A stretch of DNA of 64,000 nucleotides from Kondoa subrosea (taxonomy: Eukaryota), in the NCBI GenBank assembly GCA_039545335.1, contig BCIN01000001.1, forward strand, positions 3,847,136 through 3,911,135, written 5' to 3'. Below are positions 1 to 12,144 of the stretch, one piece after another (the stretch's first letter is position 1; every line of letters starts with the position of its first letter). The translations under genes were made by a program, and so were the position numbers. A model generated the notes under the pieces. It searched no databases. It was not told the DNA's origin and worked only from the letters and a program-made list of their open reading frames with translations.

Positions 1-1724
1 TCAGTCAGGAAGACTGATTCAGATATGTCGAGATGAAGAAGCGAAGGAAAGGCGTCGGGTATGGCTTGAAGAACGATATCGAGCATGCCAGGTAATTTAG
101 CTGCATGTAGAGTTTTGATATGAGATGACTTGGTAGGCTCCTTGACCAAAGCTGAAGCATCCAGATTAAGGCAGCGAGAGACATCGAGGGAATTGAGATA
201 GCTTGCAGTATTGAAGAGATGACAAAGAAAAGCATCTGTTACGCCTGGCAAGCCACGGAAATTGCCTTCGTTGAGAAAAGGTGACGAGCATGCGATATGA
301 TTCAGCACAGGTTCTGACAAAGACCGACAGCCTGTCCACCGAGATTAGATGGAATCAGCTTCAATTGCACAAACCTCACCAGAAAGGTTCAAAGTTGTCA
401 AACTAGTTTGCCTCGTAGCCGCCAACTTGACCGAACAAGCTTCCAGCAAGTAAATCATCTGATCATTCTTCAACCCAACACATCCCTTGAGGCTCAAATA
501 TCGCAAGAACGGTCCACTACTCTGGACGATCCTCAACAACCCTTCGAAACCAATACTAGCCGGACCAAATTCAGTCAAATCCAATCGTTTCCAAATCTGA
601 CCATCTAAAGCCAAAGCAGCCCAATTCTTGCTCACACTTGAAATCCTAATCAATTCTCTTAATCCTTTTGATCTACCTACCCAACGTGCATTGAGATCTT
701 GATCAGGTTCATGTTCGACTAAGAATAAAAGGGATTTAAAGATCTTTAATCGAACTTCTCTAGGTAAAGTATCGAAAGTAAGGATTTCGGGTGCAACAAG
801 ATCTATTATTGGCGCGGGATGATAAGTTGGAAGAACAGGAGAAGTAGCATATCTTTGCCAACGAGGTCTTTCGGGTAAAACAAGGTTAAGAGGTTGTTGT
901 TCCTGCTGATTAGGATGTTGGTCTTCGATTGTTTCGGCTGGTCGACTGGATTTCGTTCTTTTTGCCAATAAGCGTTTGACTAAAGCTCTTTTTGGCGGTC
1001 GACCTAGATCAGGATTAGATTGAGTGAGATCGGTTGTTGAACCATTTCGAGAAATCGCTGGACTGGATTCGCGAGATGAAGAAGGGGAATTTCGGTTGGA
1101 GTGAATACCAGATCGGCGGAGAGCTGGAGAAGTCAAAGGAGATCCAGAAGGAGTGCTCGTGAGACCATCAGTCGACCTATTTCTGCTTGATTTAGACCGA
1201 ATTGACAGGAAGAAACCGGAACCTCGTTTAGGAATGGTAGGCAAAGAAGAAGTAGAGGGAGAAGCATTGACAGAGCTTGATGGTACTGATAGGTTGTTTG
1301 TAGAGCTGTTGGTCGATTGTAGAGACCAGGGAGTAGGCAGGCCAGATGCACCGGGAGTCGATGCCCGAGATGAAGCGACTCGCTGATCAAAGTAGGAAGT
1401 CACTTGTCTGCGAGGGATCACTTCTTCCGGATCTTCCTCTTCCTCTACTAGATCGCCTTCTTCTTCTACTAGATCGCTAGGCAGGTGGACACTGGCAGAT
1501 AAGGAGCTTGATCGATAGCGATTCCCTTTGAATTGAGCACCGCCTTCTGATCGGGGTGAGCCATTGAGACTGCTGTAAACACTTGTAGCATCTGTTGAGT
1601 AGCCAGCTTCGCCGTCCGTGCTATCCGCACCAGTTGTGTACGTGCTCGCCAAAGTACTGATTGTATCGCTTCTTGTTCGATTGGCTATATTGGCTACATC
1701 TTGTTCCAATAGCGGTCTACTCAT
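1..1724 (-). CDS. F-box/leucine-rich-repeat protein (FBXL2/20-like) with long Ser-rich disordered N-terminus; runs off the left edge of the window
   Basis: F-box-like FDTLPREVRLKIFKSLL...SVSKNWAALALDGQIWKRLDL is followed by LRR-like repeats (GPFLRYLSLKGC, LTTLNLSG, and LNSLDVSRC after an intron). First ATG at 1724. Confidence 0.8.
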
Positions 1725-2024
1725 TGTGCCAGGGGTTCGTTGCAGCAAGAAGAGGACTTTTGACGAGCCACAAGCTTGCCAAATGCCCAGACCTTTGAGT
1801 GCACGATGTGTGGGGTTCGAATTTGGGAGCCCGAAGCGAGATAAGGAAGAAGTGCAACGAGCAAGCTGCAGCTGAGCCTTGACGGTGGGCAGGATGATCC
1901 AGGAGCTTGCTATGTGCTATATACAGCCAACCGACCTCGCCGGAACTGATCAAGCTGCGGAATAAACTTGGATAGCAACCATCGGTCGCCGATAAACACA
2001 AGCATCCTGCATGTGCCTCGATTG

Positions 2025-4949
2025 ATGCCCAAGAAGAAGCGAAGAACGACCGAGAGACGGAATTCGCACAGCTCGCCGGAGCCAGAATTCAAGCCTTTAA
2101 CAAGTTTGACCGAGGAAAGGACTTCTCGAGTAAGACCGCTCAGGCAGGCAGCTAGTCGGCAGCTCAGCGTACCAACATCCTCTGGCTCAAGACATAGAGC
2201 TGCGACTCAGACATCCTACTATGCTTCAAATTCAGAAAGACAAACTTGGGATGGATCTGATGCGAGCACCGATTCATCAGAAGACAGCAATGCGGACGTC
2301 TTGCCGCCTATAATCAAGTCTATGCGTCGCTTCAGTGGTCTTCCTCCAGCAGATCCAAAAGAAACGGACAGTTCCAGCGAAGCTATGTCAAGCACTGGAA
2401 CCCGAACTTCGGACTTTCTTATAGTCAAACCTATACCTGTGCAAGGCTTTGCGGCGCATATGTTGGATTCTATACCACGTTCTTCAGCTAATTTCGGACA
2501 ATATCTTCCAAATGCACCGCCGATGCTAAGTAGAGCACTTTCACCTGGTCCAAGTTCTGCTACAAGTCCTTTAGCTACTCGAAGAAGAGCTTCACCTAGT
2601 CCTCTACATCCGGATATCCAAGGCATACCCAGTAGTCTGAATTCACCTCGACATGCTCTTCGACCGATTGTTGCTGGTCCGAGATTTCGGTCCGATGTCC
2701 TGATAGAAGTAGCTATACTTTCTTCAGTACTTGGCTTCGCTTGCTACCGAATCAATTCCATTCCTCATACCGGTCGCTTCAATCCTGCTGCACCTTTACT
2801 GGTTCTCACAATTCTGGTTCCTTTTCTTACCCTCTTTCGTCGATCAGCACCTTCAACCCATCTAATGGTCCCTTTCACCGATGAACGTGGTTATCGAGCA
2901 AGAGCACAAGCGGATGACGGTCTAGCTTGCGGTGTTGGTCTACCGGTAGTTTTGGCGGCAGCCGTAGTTTGGGATGGTTATATTGGCAAACAAAAAGGAG
3001 AACTGGTTCAACTTGGTGGATTACGTCTCTTACCTGAAATTTGGGATCACATTACTTCCAACTCTACTTTCACATCAAAACTTGGTTCTGCTCCTGCAAT
3101 TTTACTTGAAGCTCGAATATCGCTACTCGTACTCATGACTTTCAATTCTTTCGTTCTAATTTTGCAATTATTATTGGCAAGAACTGTTCTTCGAGTCAAT
3201 TGGATACCTACAAGCAATACCAAACGATTCTTCGGTGCCGTCGTTCTTTCTACAATAGTTAGTAGTATAGGTGGATTAGTAGTCTATGTATGTAAAATAT
3301 CGGGATACAGTAAGTTCCCTCTCTCTCTCATACTTGACTGGCAGCTTATTATGCGATTGATAGCCTCAACTTACATCCATCCACATGAACTCATGTTTTC
3401 AATGTATATGTATCAAATGTCTCTCTACCTCATTTCTCGTTTGGCTCGACGCGCTTTTACATTGGGAGAATTAGCAATGGTCACTTCAGCCAGCGATTCT
3501 CTCCTATTAGAACTAGGTCGATTAGCTTACGCTCGAGTGAGCCTTTTTTCCCCTTCACGCTTCTTTTGTATTTCAATTCATATTGCGGATGACAGTGGCA
3601 ATATAAACGTAATCCAATCTTACCAGCTACTTTTCGAGCTCCAACTCCAATAATCGCTTTTCAACATGTACTCATTCCTGGTGTTTTCCTGGTTGGGTTC
3701 TTGCTTTCCCCTTTATTAGTCGTCTCCAGGCATCTGGCATCGAAACCTTCTTATAGACTTAGGGTTCGTTGCCATGCGCAGAGACATCAGCATGTAAGCT
3801 GATCTTTTTGGTACGGGCGAACAGTGGCCTGCTCAAAAAGAACGTAATCGAAAACTACTCGCTGCCGGTGTTCTCCTCGGTCTGATTGGGATTGTGTTTG
3901 GCATGTTTGGCGGTTGGATGGGTTATATGTTAAAAGGCAATCTTTGGCGACCTTGGATCTGGGCTTTTCGGTACAACGTTTTTGGTGGCGATGGAATAGA
4001 TGGGATGAATGGTGAATACACTGGCTGGCAAAGATGGAGAAGATTATCTATTGCTGCTTATTGGTCAGGAACGGTGATCTTGGCTATTGCGGGTTGGCAA
4101 ACTCGGTTAGTAAGAGCAAGAAGATCGAAATTGACTGCTACTGCTTCAACAAGTGAGAAAGCTCATGCTGAAGCAAATAAGGAAGAACGAAGACATCATG
4201 TTAGCTTGGATTTGCGAAGGAAATTCTTCCATTTAATGGCGATGTTGATTTTCGTTCCGGGAATCGCTTTGGATGTAAGTCGACCTTTAATCTGCATGCC
4301 TAAATCGCTCATTCTCCCTTTCTCTCTTTTCAGCCCGCCTTCACCTCCCTTGCCTTCTCAGTAGCTTTTGCCATCTTCACTCTAGCCGAATTCTCTCGCT
4401 ACTTTGCGCTTTGGCCAATTGGAGCACCAATTCACGTCTTCTTCCACGAATTTGTCGATGCTAAAGATGCCGGGCCTGTCGTATTGAGCCATTTCTACTT
4501 GCTTACGGGATGTGCTGGACCATTATGGGTCGAAGGGAAAGGGATCAAACGCTTTGCTGGTGTTCTAGCTCTCGGAGTTGGAGACGCAATGGTTAGTTAT
4601 GAGCGGCAACGGACGCAACTTGTGCTGATCTTTCCTCTAGGCCTCGACTGTAGGAAGACGCTTCGGCGGACTAAAGTGGCCTGGGACATCCAAAACCTTC
4701 ACCGGCTCTCTGGCTTTCGTTGCATCGACAGTCGCTGTCTCCTCGCTGTTGGTGAAGGTTGGATGGTCTGAACCATATGATGTGAGCTGTCCTCTTGCTG
4801 TTCAAGAACTGTAGTGACTTCGGCGCTAGACTCAACGATATTTGTTTTGTACAATACTCACGGCAATCCTCGAAGCAACAACGACGCAAAACGATAATCT
4901 CACTATTCCAATCTTCTTTTGGGCTGTACAGACACTGACTTCTGTATAA
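2025..4949 (+). CDS. SEC59: Dolichol kinase (CTP-dependent, multi-TM), spliced, with long disordered N-terminal extension
   Basis: Motifs DLRRKFFHLMA, SHFYLLTGCAGPLW, GVLALGVGDAMAS, KWPGTSKT and TTQNDNLTIP lie across exons; stop TAA at 4947-4949. Confidence 0.9.
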
Positions 4950-5034
4950 ATAGCATGTTGTATAATAGGACATTTGCATACGATTCTACAAAGCATTATA
5001 TTCCCTTCTGCTCTCAACTCCCTTATTCTTCACC

Positions 5035-5983
5035 TCATACCAGCATCACTAGTATTACTCCAAATAGCAGTCCTGACATTGTCACAGAACTTGCTGCATC
5101 GCAAGGATCTTGAGCTTGAGGAGGACTTCCAACAGGATTCAAACCAGGATTCGTCCAATCTCTCTGTCGCAAAGTCACAACTTCGTCATCATCTTGCTCC
5201 TCTCTCCTCCATACTATGTGCCGCTTCTTTTGCCAGATGATAGCATCTTGATCATCGATATTGCAATTTCCGCTGTGACAGCCAGTCGGAGCTTGTATTT
5301 GAGTTGTGGTAATGATAACAGGTGGAGGAGCAGGATGATCACATTCGTCACAATGCTGCGTAGGTTGTGGCTGAGGTTGCACGTATTGAGTTTGAGTTTG
5401 AACAGGAGGATCTGGTAAAGGCGCAACGCAAACCACTGCTGTTGGTTGGGGATGAACTACCACTGGTTGTGTGGGTTGAGGTTGAGGTTGGACTGGGCTG
5501 GGCTGGATAGGCTGAGGAGGCGCATCACTGCATTCGCAAGTCTGCCCTGGGCTGCCGGTGACAGTGTGCGCAGAGCATGAGTCGTTGCCTACTTCCACTG
5601 TTCGCGCAGCTGAGTATGCAGTAGAACCTTTGCAGTCGGTTATTCTGATTGCAAATGCTGTGTTGACTTGAACGTTCGCCGTCCATGCTGATGATCAATA
5701 TGAGCCTCAATTCGAGCATGAGATGCAGATAAATCTTACAAAAAGAACCCGCAGCCGCTTGCTGAGGCAAAGTCCCATCAATCACCGTATTGTAATCGTC
5801 CCCTCGTACTACTTGAAAGGTGTAAGGAGCTTCACCACCTCTGAAGACCACTTGTGAAGGTACGCAAGCGCAAGGTTGATCTATCGTGGAGATCCATAAG
5901 CCATTCTGACCAGCAGGAACAGTGCATGATGCAAAGCTGATGGAGAGGGCGAAGGCGACAATCCAAGCAGGAAAGGAAGACAT
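5035..5983 (-). CDS. Secreted, probably GPI-anchored Pro/Gln/Thr/Cys-rich cell-surface protein
   Basis: Signal peptide MSSFPAWIVAFALSISFA, then a small beta domain (GGEAPYTFQVV...WTANVQVNTAFAIRITDCKG after one intron), QPQPQPTQ repeats and a hydrophobic C-terminus (SSVTMSGLLFGVILVMLV). Confidence 0.75.
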
Positions 5984-6119
5984 GGCTTATGATAAAAGGC
6001 TAGAAAAGGAGAGAAGAGCATTTTCTTCTATTGAGGCGAAGATGTAGCGTTCATGTTGCTGGCGATATTGACAGAGGCTGTTCGTTCTGAGAGGCGAGCG
6101 AGGCGATGTGTCAATGTTA

Positions 6120-7452
6120 CTAGAGCTTTCTAGCTATATGACATAGCTGAACAGGGGCCAGGCTGTCAAGATCTCCAATGATCGCTTCCGCTTGCGCCGG
6201 GCGATGCAGAGGTAGGAAAGCCACTTTCAGATGAGATTGATCTAGAAGTATGTCAGATCAGGAGAAGCACGCTTCAGATCACAAAGACTTACCGCATAAG
6301 GCCAAGAACCCTTGCCAGGTTTGTTCGTTTCGCACAGTTGCAGCGAGCAGTAAAGTGCTTGAGCTGTTTTCCAGCAGCACTCGAATGCAATTGACGAGAT
6401 GAGGAGTAAGATCACTAGTAATGGAAAGAGAAGAGTCAGGCCTTGCTAGAAGAGAGCATCAATTACTGACGGATCAAAGATGACATCCGCTGCTAAAAGT
6501 AAATCTGGTTTTGCAGTTTCGACGAGCCATCGCATAGTCTCACTATCGGAATCGATAGCAGACCAGTCAAGATGCTGGACCATAAGAGGACTTTGATCTA
6601 TTTAGGACGTCAATTCCGATGCAGCATTGGCACGGTACACTTACTGAGTTTTGCATTCTGTCTCAAGCGAGTTAAAGCTTCCTCATCGAAGTCGGTGGCA
6701 TAGTACGAAGAATTCGAGAGCCTCTGTGCGAGAATCGAGAGCAAGCCGACACCTGCTCCAAGTTCTAGCATTCGTTTGTTTTTGACTAGTTCTGCGCAGA
6801 TCCGTTAGCACGGTCCTATCCTGCTGATGTAGCTTGTATTACATACCTGGATGTACTACGAGGTGATTGCTCAAGGCTATGGACGCAGTCCAAGTAGATA
6901 AACCTGTCTACCAGAACGAATGAAGGCCTATCGTATGTCTAGGCGTTTTCGTACGCACTCTGCCTGGGTAGTGGGAGATCGTCAGAGCTGAATCACGGCA
7001 CTGCACTGACAAAGATGTACGGACCTTGCGATATAGCAGCTTTCTCTTCCTGTATGACGATTTCTTCTGCTCCGCTACCGTAAGTGAAGATCCGACGATA
7101 ATGACTGTTGGATAGTGTAAGCAATTGGAATGAATATCGAGCCATGTGTAGCACACCTAGCAGCGACAGGACCCAGGAAGTCGCAAAGTCTTTCATACAG
7201 GATAGAATCGACTTCCTCTCCCTCACACTGTTCTTCCAAGATGCTGATGCACTTCTTCCAGTACCTCAATCGCCAAGGCGAAGCGGCATCCACTTGGGTG
7301 CGTTCCAGCATTCTTTCAACCAGAAAACTTTGACGATTTTCAGCTTTCGTGAGGTATTGAAAGACATCTTTATCTTCAAAGAAGCTGAGATCAGGTGCAG
7401 GAGGGTATACAGCGAGATAGCTCTTTTCTATGAGCCTCAATTTGGCTTGCAT
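6120..7452 (-). CDS. Protein-lysine N-methyltransferase, Methyltransf_16 family (EFM3/FAM86/EEF2KMT-like)
   Basis: Spliced reading gives EEKAAISQG..TGLSTWTASIALSNHL, LELGAGVGLLS (SAM motif I), ATDFDEEAL, LDWS, DLLLAADVIFDP and AATVRNEQT; stop TAG at 6122-6120. Confidence 0.8.
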
Positions 7453-7596
7453 CGCGGTAACCAGACAAGCGTGTTACGACGTGATGAACATCAAGTAAGC
7501 TGGCATACGCGTCAAAGAGTCCTCGCAGCATCTGTGTTATTTGACTATTTGTACAAGCAATAATATCATAGATTGTCCTTTTGATGAGACCCGGAA

Positions 7597-8514
7597 TCAA
7601 GCCAATTGACCTCTAACAGCTCCAGCCTATTGGACTCGGGAGTTCAGAAGCAGATCAAAGCGGCATGAATAGATGCACTCACCAAGAAGTTAGACAAATG
7701 AGTATCAGCGAAGAAGCCGCTTGGGTTATCTTCGATTTGCTTGACGGAGAATCCGTCTCCAGAATCAACTCCAGTTGTAGCATTGACGATACCGGTCTTG
7801 AAAGGTCCGATTAGGCAGCCTAAGCTTTGAAGCTTACCATTGGCTTGGCTGCCGAAATCCTTAGAGACAGTTGAAAAGCCGCATCGAGACGACTTACTAT
7901 TGAGGGTTCTGGAACGCGAGACGTGGAGGACCGCTTCGGCCTTCAACTGCTTCATGAATATGCGTCGCAGTGTTGGCAGCTGTCGAAAACGAAAGTCAGC
8001 ATACACCAAGGGATGAAGGGATGAAGAACAGTGATTCGGTAACTTACGAGAAGAATAGTTTGTGTTGTCTCCAAAGCCATTGAGCTCGATGTTGTAGCAT
8101 ATAGTGTTTTCAATGGAATTGATCCCAAACTGCGCACATTTAATACCAATGAGCACAGGAGTACAATGCCGGAAAAGAGTAGCTTGCCTTGAACAATCCT
8201 GAAGCTCCTTCCAATCCAGGCACGTTGGTCTGATTGGCATTGATGATGGTGTCGGCAGTAGCTTTCACTCTAAGAGGTGAAGTCAGAGCGGTCGTGGTGA
8301 CGAAGAACAAAGCTTACTCGTATGTAGAGGTGAACCAGAAGACACTTGAATCGTGGCTATCCTCCTTCTTGTCGTCATGCTTGTACTCCTTGTGTTCAGG
8401 CATTTTGTGACCGTCATTCTCGCGAGCGACAAGACCGCTTGCGGGACTTGGTGCTGCAAGAACTGAAGAAGAGAAGCTAAGGATTGCAGCAGCGATTGTG
8501 AGAGTGAACTTCAT
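7597..8514 (-). CDS. Secreted CHRD-domain protein
   Basis: Signal peptide MKFTLTIAAAILSFSSSVLA; CHRD-like motifs NTICYNIEL, HIHEAVEGRSGPPRLAF, FFADTH and terminal GAVRGQL; one GC-AG intron at 8130-8187. Confidence 0.8.
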
Positions 8515-9072
8515 TGCGAGATGAGTAGAAAGAGTTTATGTGAAGAAAAGACAGCAGAGTATAATTCACTGTGAAATACTCGAGACAAGCACAGCCTAGT
8601 GCCAAGGTGCATGTCATAGTACTGTCGTACGAGCGAAGCCCAACTTCTGTAGAGCAGAGACCTTTAGACAGACTTGGCTCGATCTCGACCTTGGCGAGCT
8701 CAAGTGCTGATCATGACAAGCCTAATTCAATTATTGTCATAGCAGATGTGTTAAGACCTCCGGTGAAGCCAGACTGCAAAAGTGTGTCTACATGACCAAG
8801 CTCAAGGACCCGAAAGAGAGACTTCGAAAAAGCAAAGATAACAAGCCTGGCAGGCAGAGATAGGTGCCAGTGCTCATGCATCGCGCTAATGAGGATTCAA
8901 GCATGCTCTGCCAGCTGAGCAACTGCAACTGCTTTCGATATGATGGCTGCAAATGTTGAAGCAAGTCTGGGCCTGTGAAGATGGGAGATATCAATGTATA
9001 CGCTTCATATGATGTATGAAAATGAAGGCTATAGTACAACTCTGCTTGGTATCCCATATGACGTGCAAAGTC

Positions 9073-11502
9073 TCAATTCGAAACCAATATGCTTTCAACT
9101 CGCGCAGCGAAAGCTCTCTGGCCTTTCTGTGCTTCTCTTTTCCCTTCGCTTGAAAGACACTCAATAGCCGAGTTCAATGCCCTACTTTCTCTGACTCTAA
9201 GCGCTTCCATACAACTTCTTTGTTCTTCTGAGAAAGTAGCGCAAAGTTGAGGTGAATGTAAAGTTTCAGAGCAGCCAAGTGCCAAACCCAGCAATAGAGC
9301 TTGCTGTCGCACATGGTGAGAAGACAGTTGAAGAAGAGCAGCTAAGAAATGTCGATCTTCTTCAGGTAATGGCCATTTTGCAACACCTTCTAGCGATTCG
9401 ATGGGTGGAAGACCGCAAGCTAGACACATAGCTTGACCAAGGTCGAAGAAGGAGGGATTCGAGTCATGAACTTGATCCATTCCGCTGACTCCAGCCGACT
9501 CATCTTCGGCAGCTTCTTCGAATCCATGAAGGGCCCGCAGAGCTTGTACAACATGCATACCAAGCTTATTCGAGCATCTTGCAGGTTGAGTGATCATGTT
9601 CTCGAGCAGTGCAAGTGAAATGAAGTACAGAGCAAGCAGGCGTTGTTGCTGATAAAGATTTGTATCGGAGACATCGAGAGAACTTGAAGATGAAGAATGG
9701 ATAGAAATGAAGCGATCCATGTCTTGCTTTGTAAGATGTGGTCGCGGCGCAGAAGGGTTGCGCAGCATTTCATGTAAGCTGCGCACGAGTCTAGAAGATG
9801 GAGGAGCTCGTTGAGAGGCAGGGATCCGAGCGAAATCGTAGTATATAGAGTCCAAGACTGGTTTAACCTGATGAGAGCCAAGCTTGGTGATCCATTCTTC
9901 TATCAGTCGCTGCTCCTTTATACTGAATGCTCCAAACATGCGACCTCCGAAGCTGAAAAGATCATGAGCATCCTGCCTTTTCAAATACAAAATGCGACCT
10001 ACGCTATCTCTTTGATGAGCAATGACCTCTCAGGATGACCTTTGACGATCCAAGGTGATGCGGAACCGAGCTGACGAAGAAATGTGTAATTGCACTCGCC
10101 TTGAGTAAAATTAGCTAAACCATCAAATAAGCAAGACACCGATGGGTAATCGCGGTGAGACACACAAGGATGTAGCCATTCATTCAAACGTTGACCACCA
10201 CCAATCTTTACCTTAGATGATGCATGTAATTGATGCGAGTTGATCGATTTAGCATACATGAGATCGGACATCTGTCGATCCAGCGGCACGTTTGTAAGGT
10301 CTGGTGTTGTGGGAAGACCTTCGGCCAGAATATAGCCAGCCATGATCCGTTTCCATATATCCTCTCGTTGATCTAAAGGTTGCGCCTGCAAATATCTTCG
10401 TGCAGCTTCAAGTCCCATAGCCGCATGGCCCGAGTGACCATTGTCAACTGTACACGAGTCAATCGAAGATCTAGCGCTATAGTTGAATGCACGTACTTGC
10501 TACGTGCAGAACAAAGTAGTAAGGATTGATTTTCAACTCTTTCAATTCATATATGGAGACGAGAAGATGATAAGGTAACGTTTCATAGGCCATATTGAAG
10601 CCAAGCGCTTCAGGCAGAAACCGATCAGGGAAGACAGAAACAGTGAGTTGTGCTATGGCAGCTTTCCAGCAGCGAGCTTCTTCCAAATTCAGGTCAGGGT
10701 GAATGAAAGCCCTATCGTAAGGTTTCGGCATTTCATGACTACTAGACCTTGTAAGCTCCGATTTACTGCGTAGGGATACGGACTAACCCAACCTCTCGCA
10801 TCAGATCTTCAATCAAGTAGACATGGTTCTTTGAGATTGAACCATCACCAAGTTCCTCACTCATCACTTGCCATGCTACTGCTGTCGCAGGTCGATTGAT
10901 GGCCAGAGTGGTCGCCTTGTGCAAATGACCGACCCAAGCTCCATCAACGTATTTCACACATAAGCTGTTTCTTAACCAATAAATTGCAGTCGCTCGATCT
11001 GTAAACATCTCTCTTGGACCACCTTCCTTCCTTCGAGCCAGATAATTCTCGTAACGTTGACAAGTTCCATTGTGTTGCTTGCCCATGAAAGTTTCTACGG
11101 CTTCTCGCGAGTAATTGGGAACTGATGAAAGAATCGTTTCCTCCTTCGAAGCTAATGCGTCTTCAAGCGTTTCTGAGAGCAGTGAGACCAATCGATTGTA
11201 AGCACCGGGCAAGCAATCTATCGAGAAGTCAGTATGTGAGCCAGCCAGCAGGAGATGCGCTTACCTTGATTGTCTTCCAAGTTATGCAATTGATGGTATA
11301 GCTCCTTGTCTAGATCCAATTGTGATTTGCGCGATATGGGTAGTGGAGTAGCTGGCTTTTCGAGGACATTTGCAGGTATTATTGGGCTGATCGATTTGTT
11401 GCGTCTTGTGATTATGCGCCAGAGAGCGACTGCTGCTAATGCAGGTAGCAGCAGCATGAAGGTACACATTGCTAAGTATCTTGAATCCATAATTGCAGCC
11501 AT
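9073..11502 (-). CDS. Heme-oxygenase-like diiron (iron-containing redox enzyme, Haem_oxygenas_2-type) protein with N-terminal membrane anchor
   Basis: Exons join in frame to give YVDGAWVG, SEELGDGSISKNH, PEALGFNMAYE, YFVLHVAIDNGHSGH and FGGRMFGAF. N-terminal hydrophobic segment MCTFMLLLPALAAVALW. Confidence 0.75.
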
Positions 11503-12144
11503 GTTAAAGGCTTTGGAAGTGTGCAAGAAGGGCATTTTGATTTCTCGATGTAAAGGAATCGGCCATTATTCAAGCATAAATTCGGCAACGTCATTCGCGG
11601 GGAACCGCGGTTTTATTGATCATGCATGAGTGGCCTTCGAAAGAGCTTGAGCAGCGAGAGCAGAGTATAGCAAGTAAATGTCGCTAAGCACAAGTGAAGA
11701 TGAGGCTAATCCACTGCGAAGATGCAACCAAATGAAAACCAGCTAGATGACAGTATCGCCGAGCTCTGCTAGAGGCTGTACTGAGAGAGACCATAATGAA
11801 AACCGCAGGACAGGATCGCGAAGTCTGGTACTCGCCAGCACGAAATGAAGAAAAGTAGAAATTTCGCTGGCTTATCGCGGGACCATTACTTCTGCTCCGT
11901 ATTCAGCACATCGCGTGTCTCTTTTCCAGAGTATCTGGTTATCCATGGGAGCAGTTTCAGTCTAGCAAACCAGACTGTGTTTTTTGTGTTGATACGGGTG
12001 GTTCAAGTTCAAGTGTTGTTGGTTCCTTGGCCTGGACTACATCACAGCATCGCCTTGTCAAGCACTGATTCCTAAAGGCTTCACATCTTTCATTCTTCCC
12101 TCTGCATCTCTATCTTCCTGCATCTTCTTGAGGAGACGCGTCGA

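Noticed and set aside
1425..1480. Short direct repeat (ctactagatcgc twice)
   Set aside because: It is a coding micro-duplication (DLVEEE twice) in a disordered region, not a mobile-element footprint.
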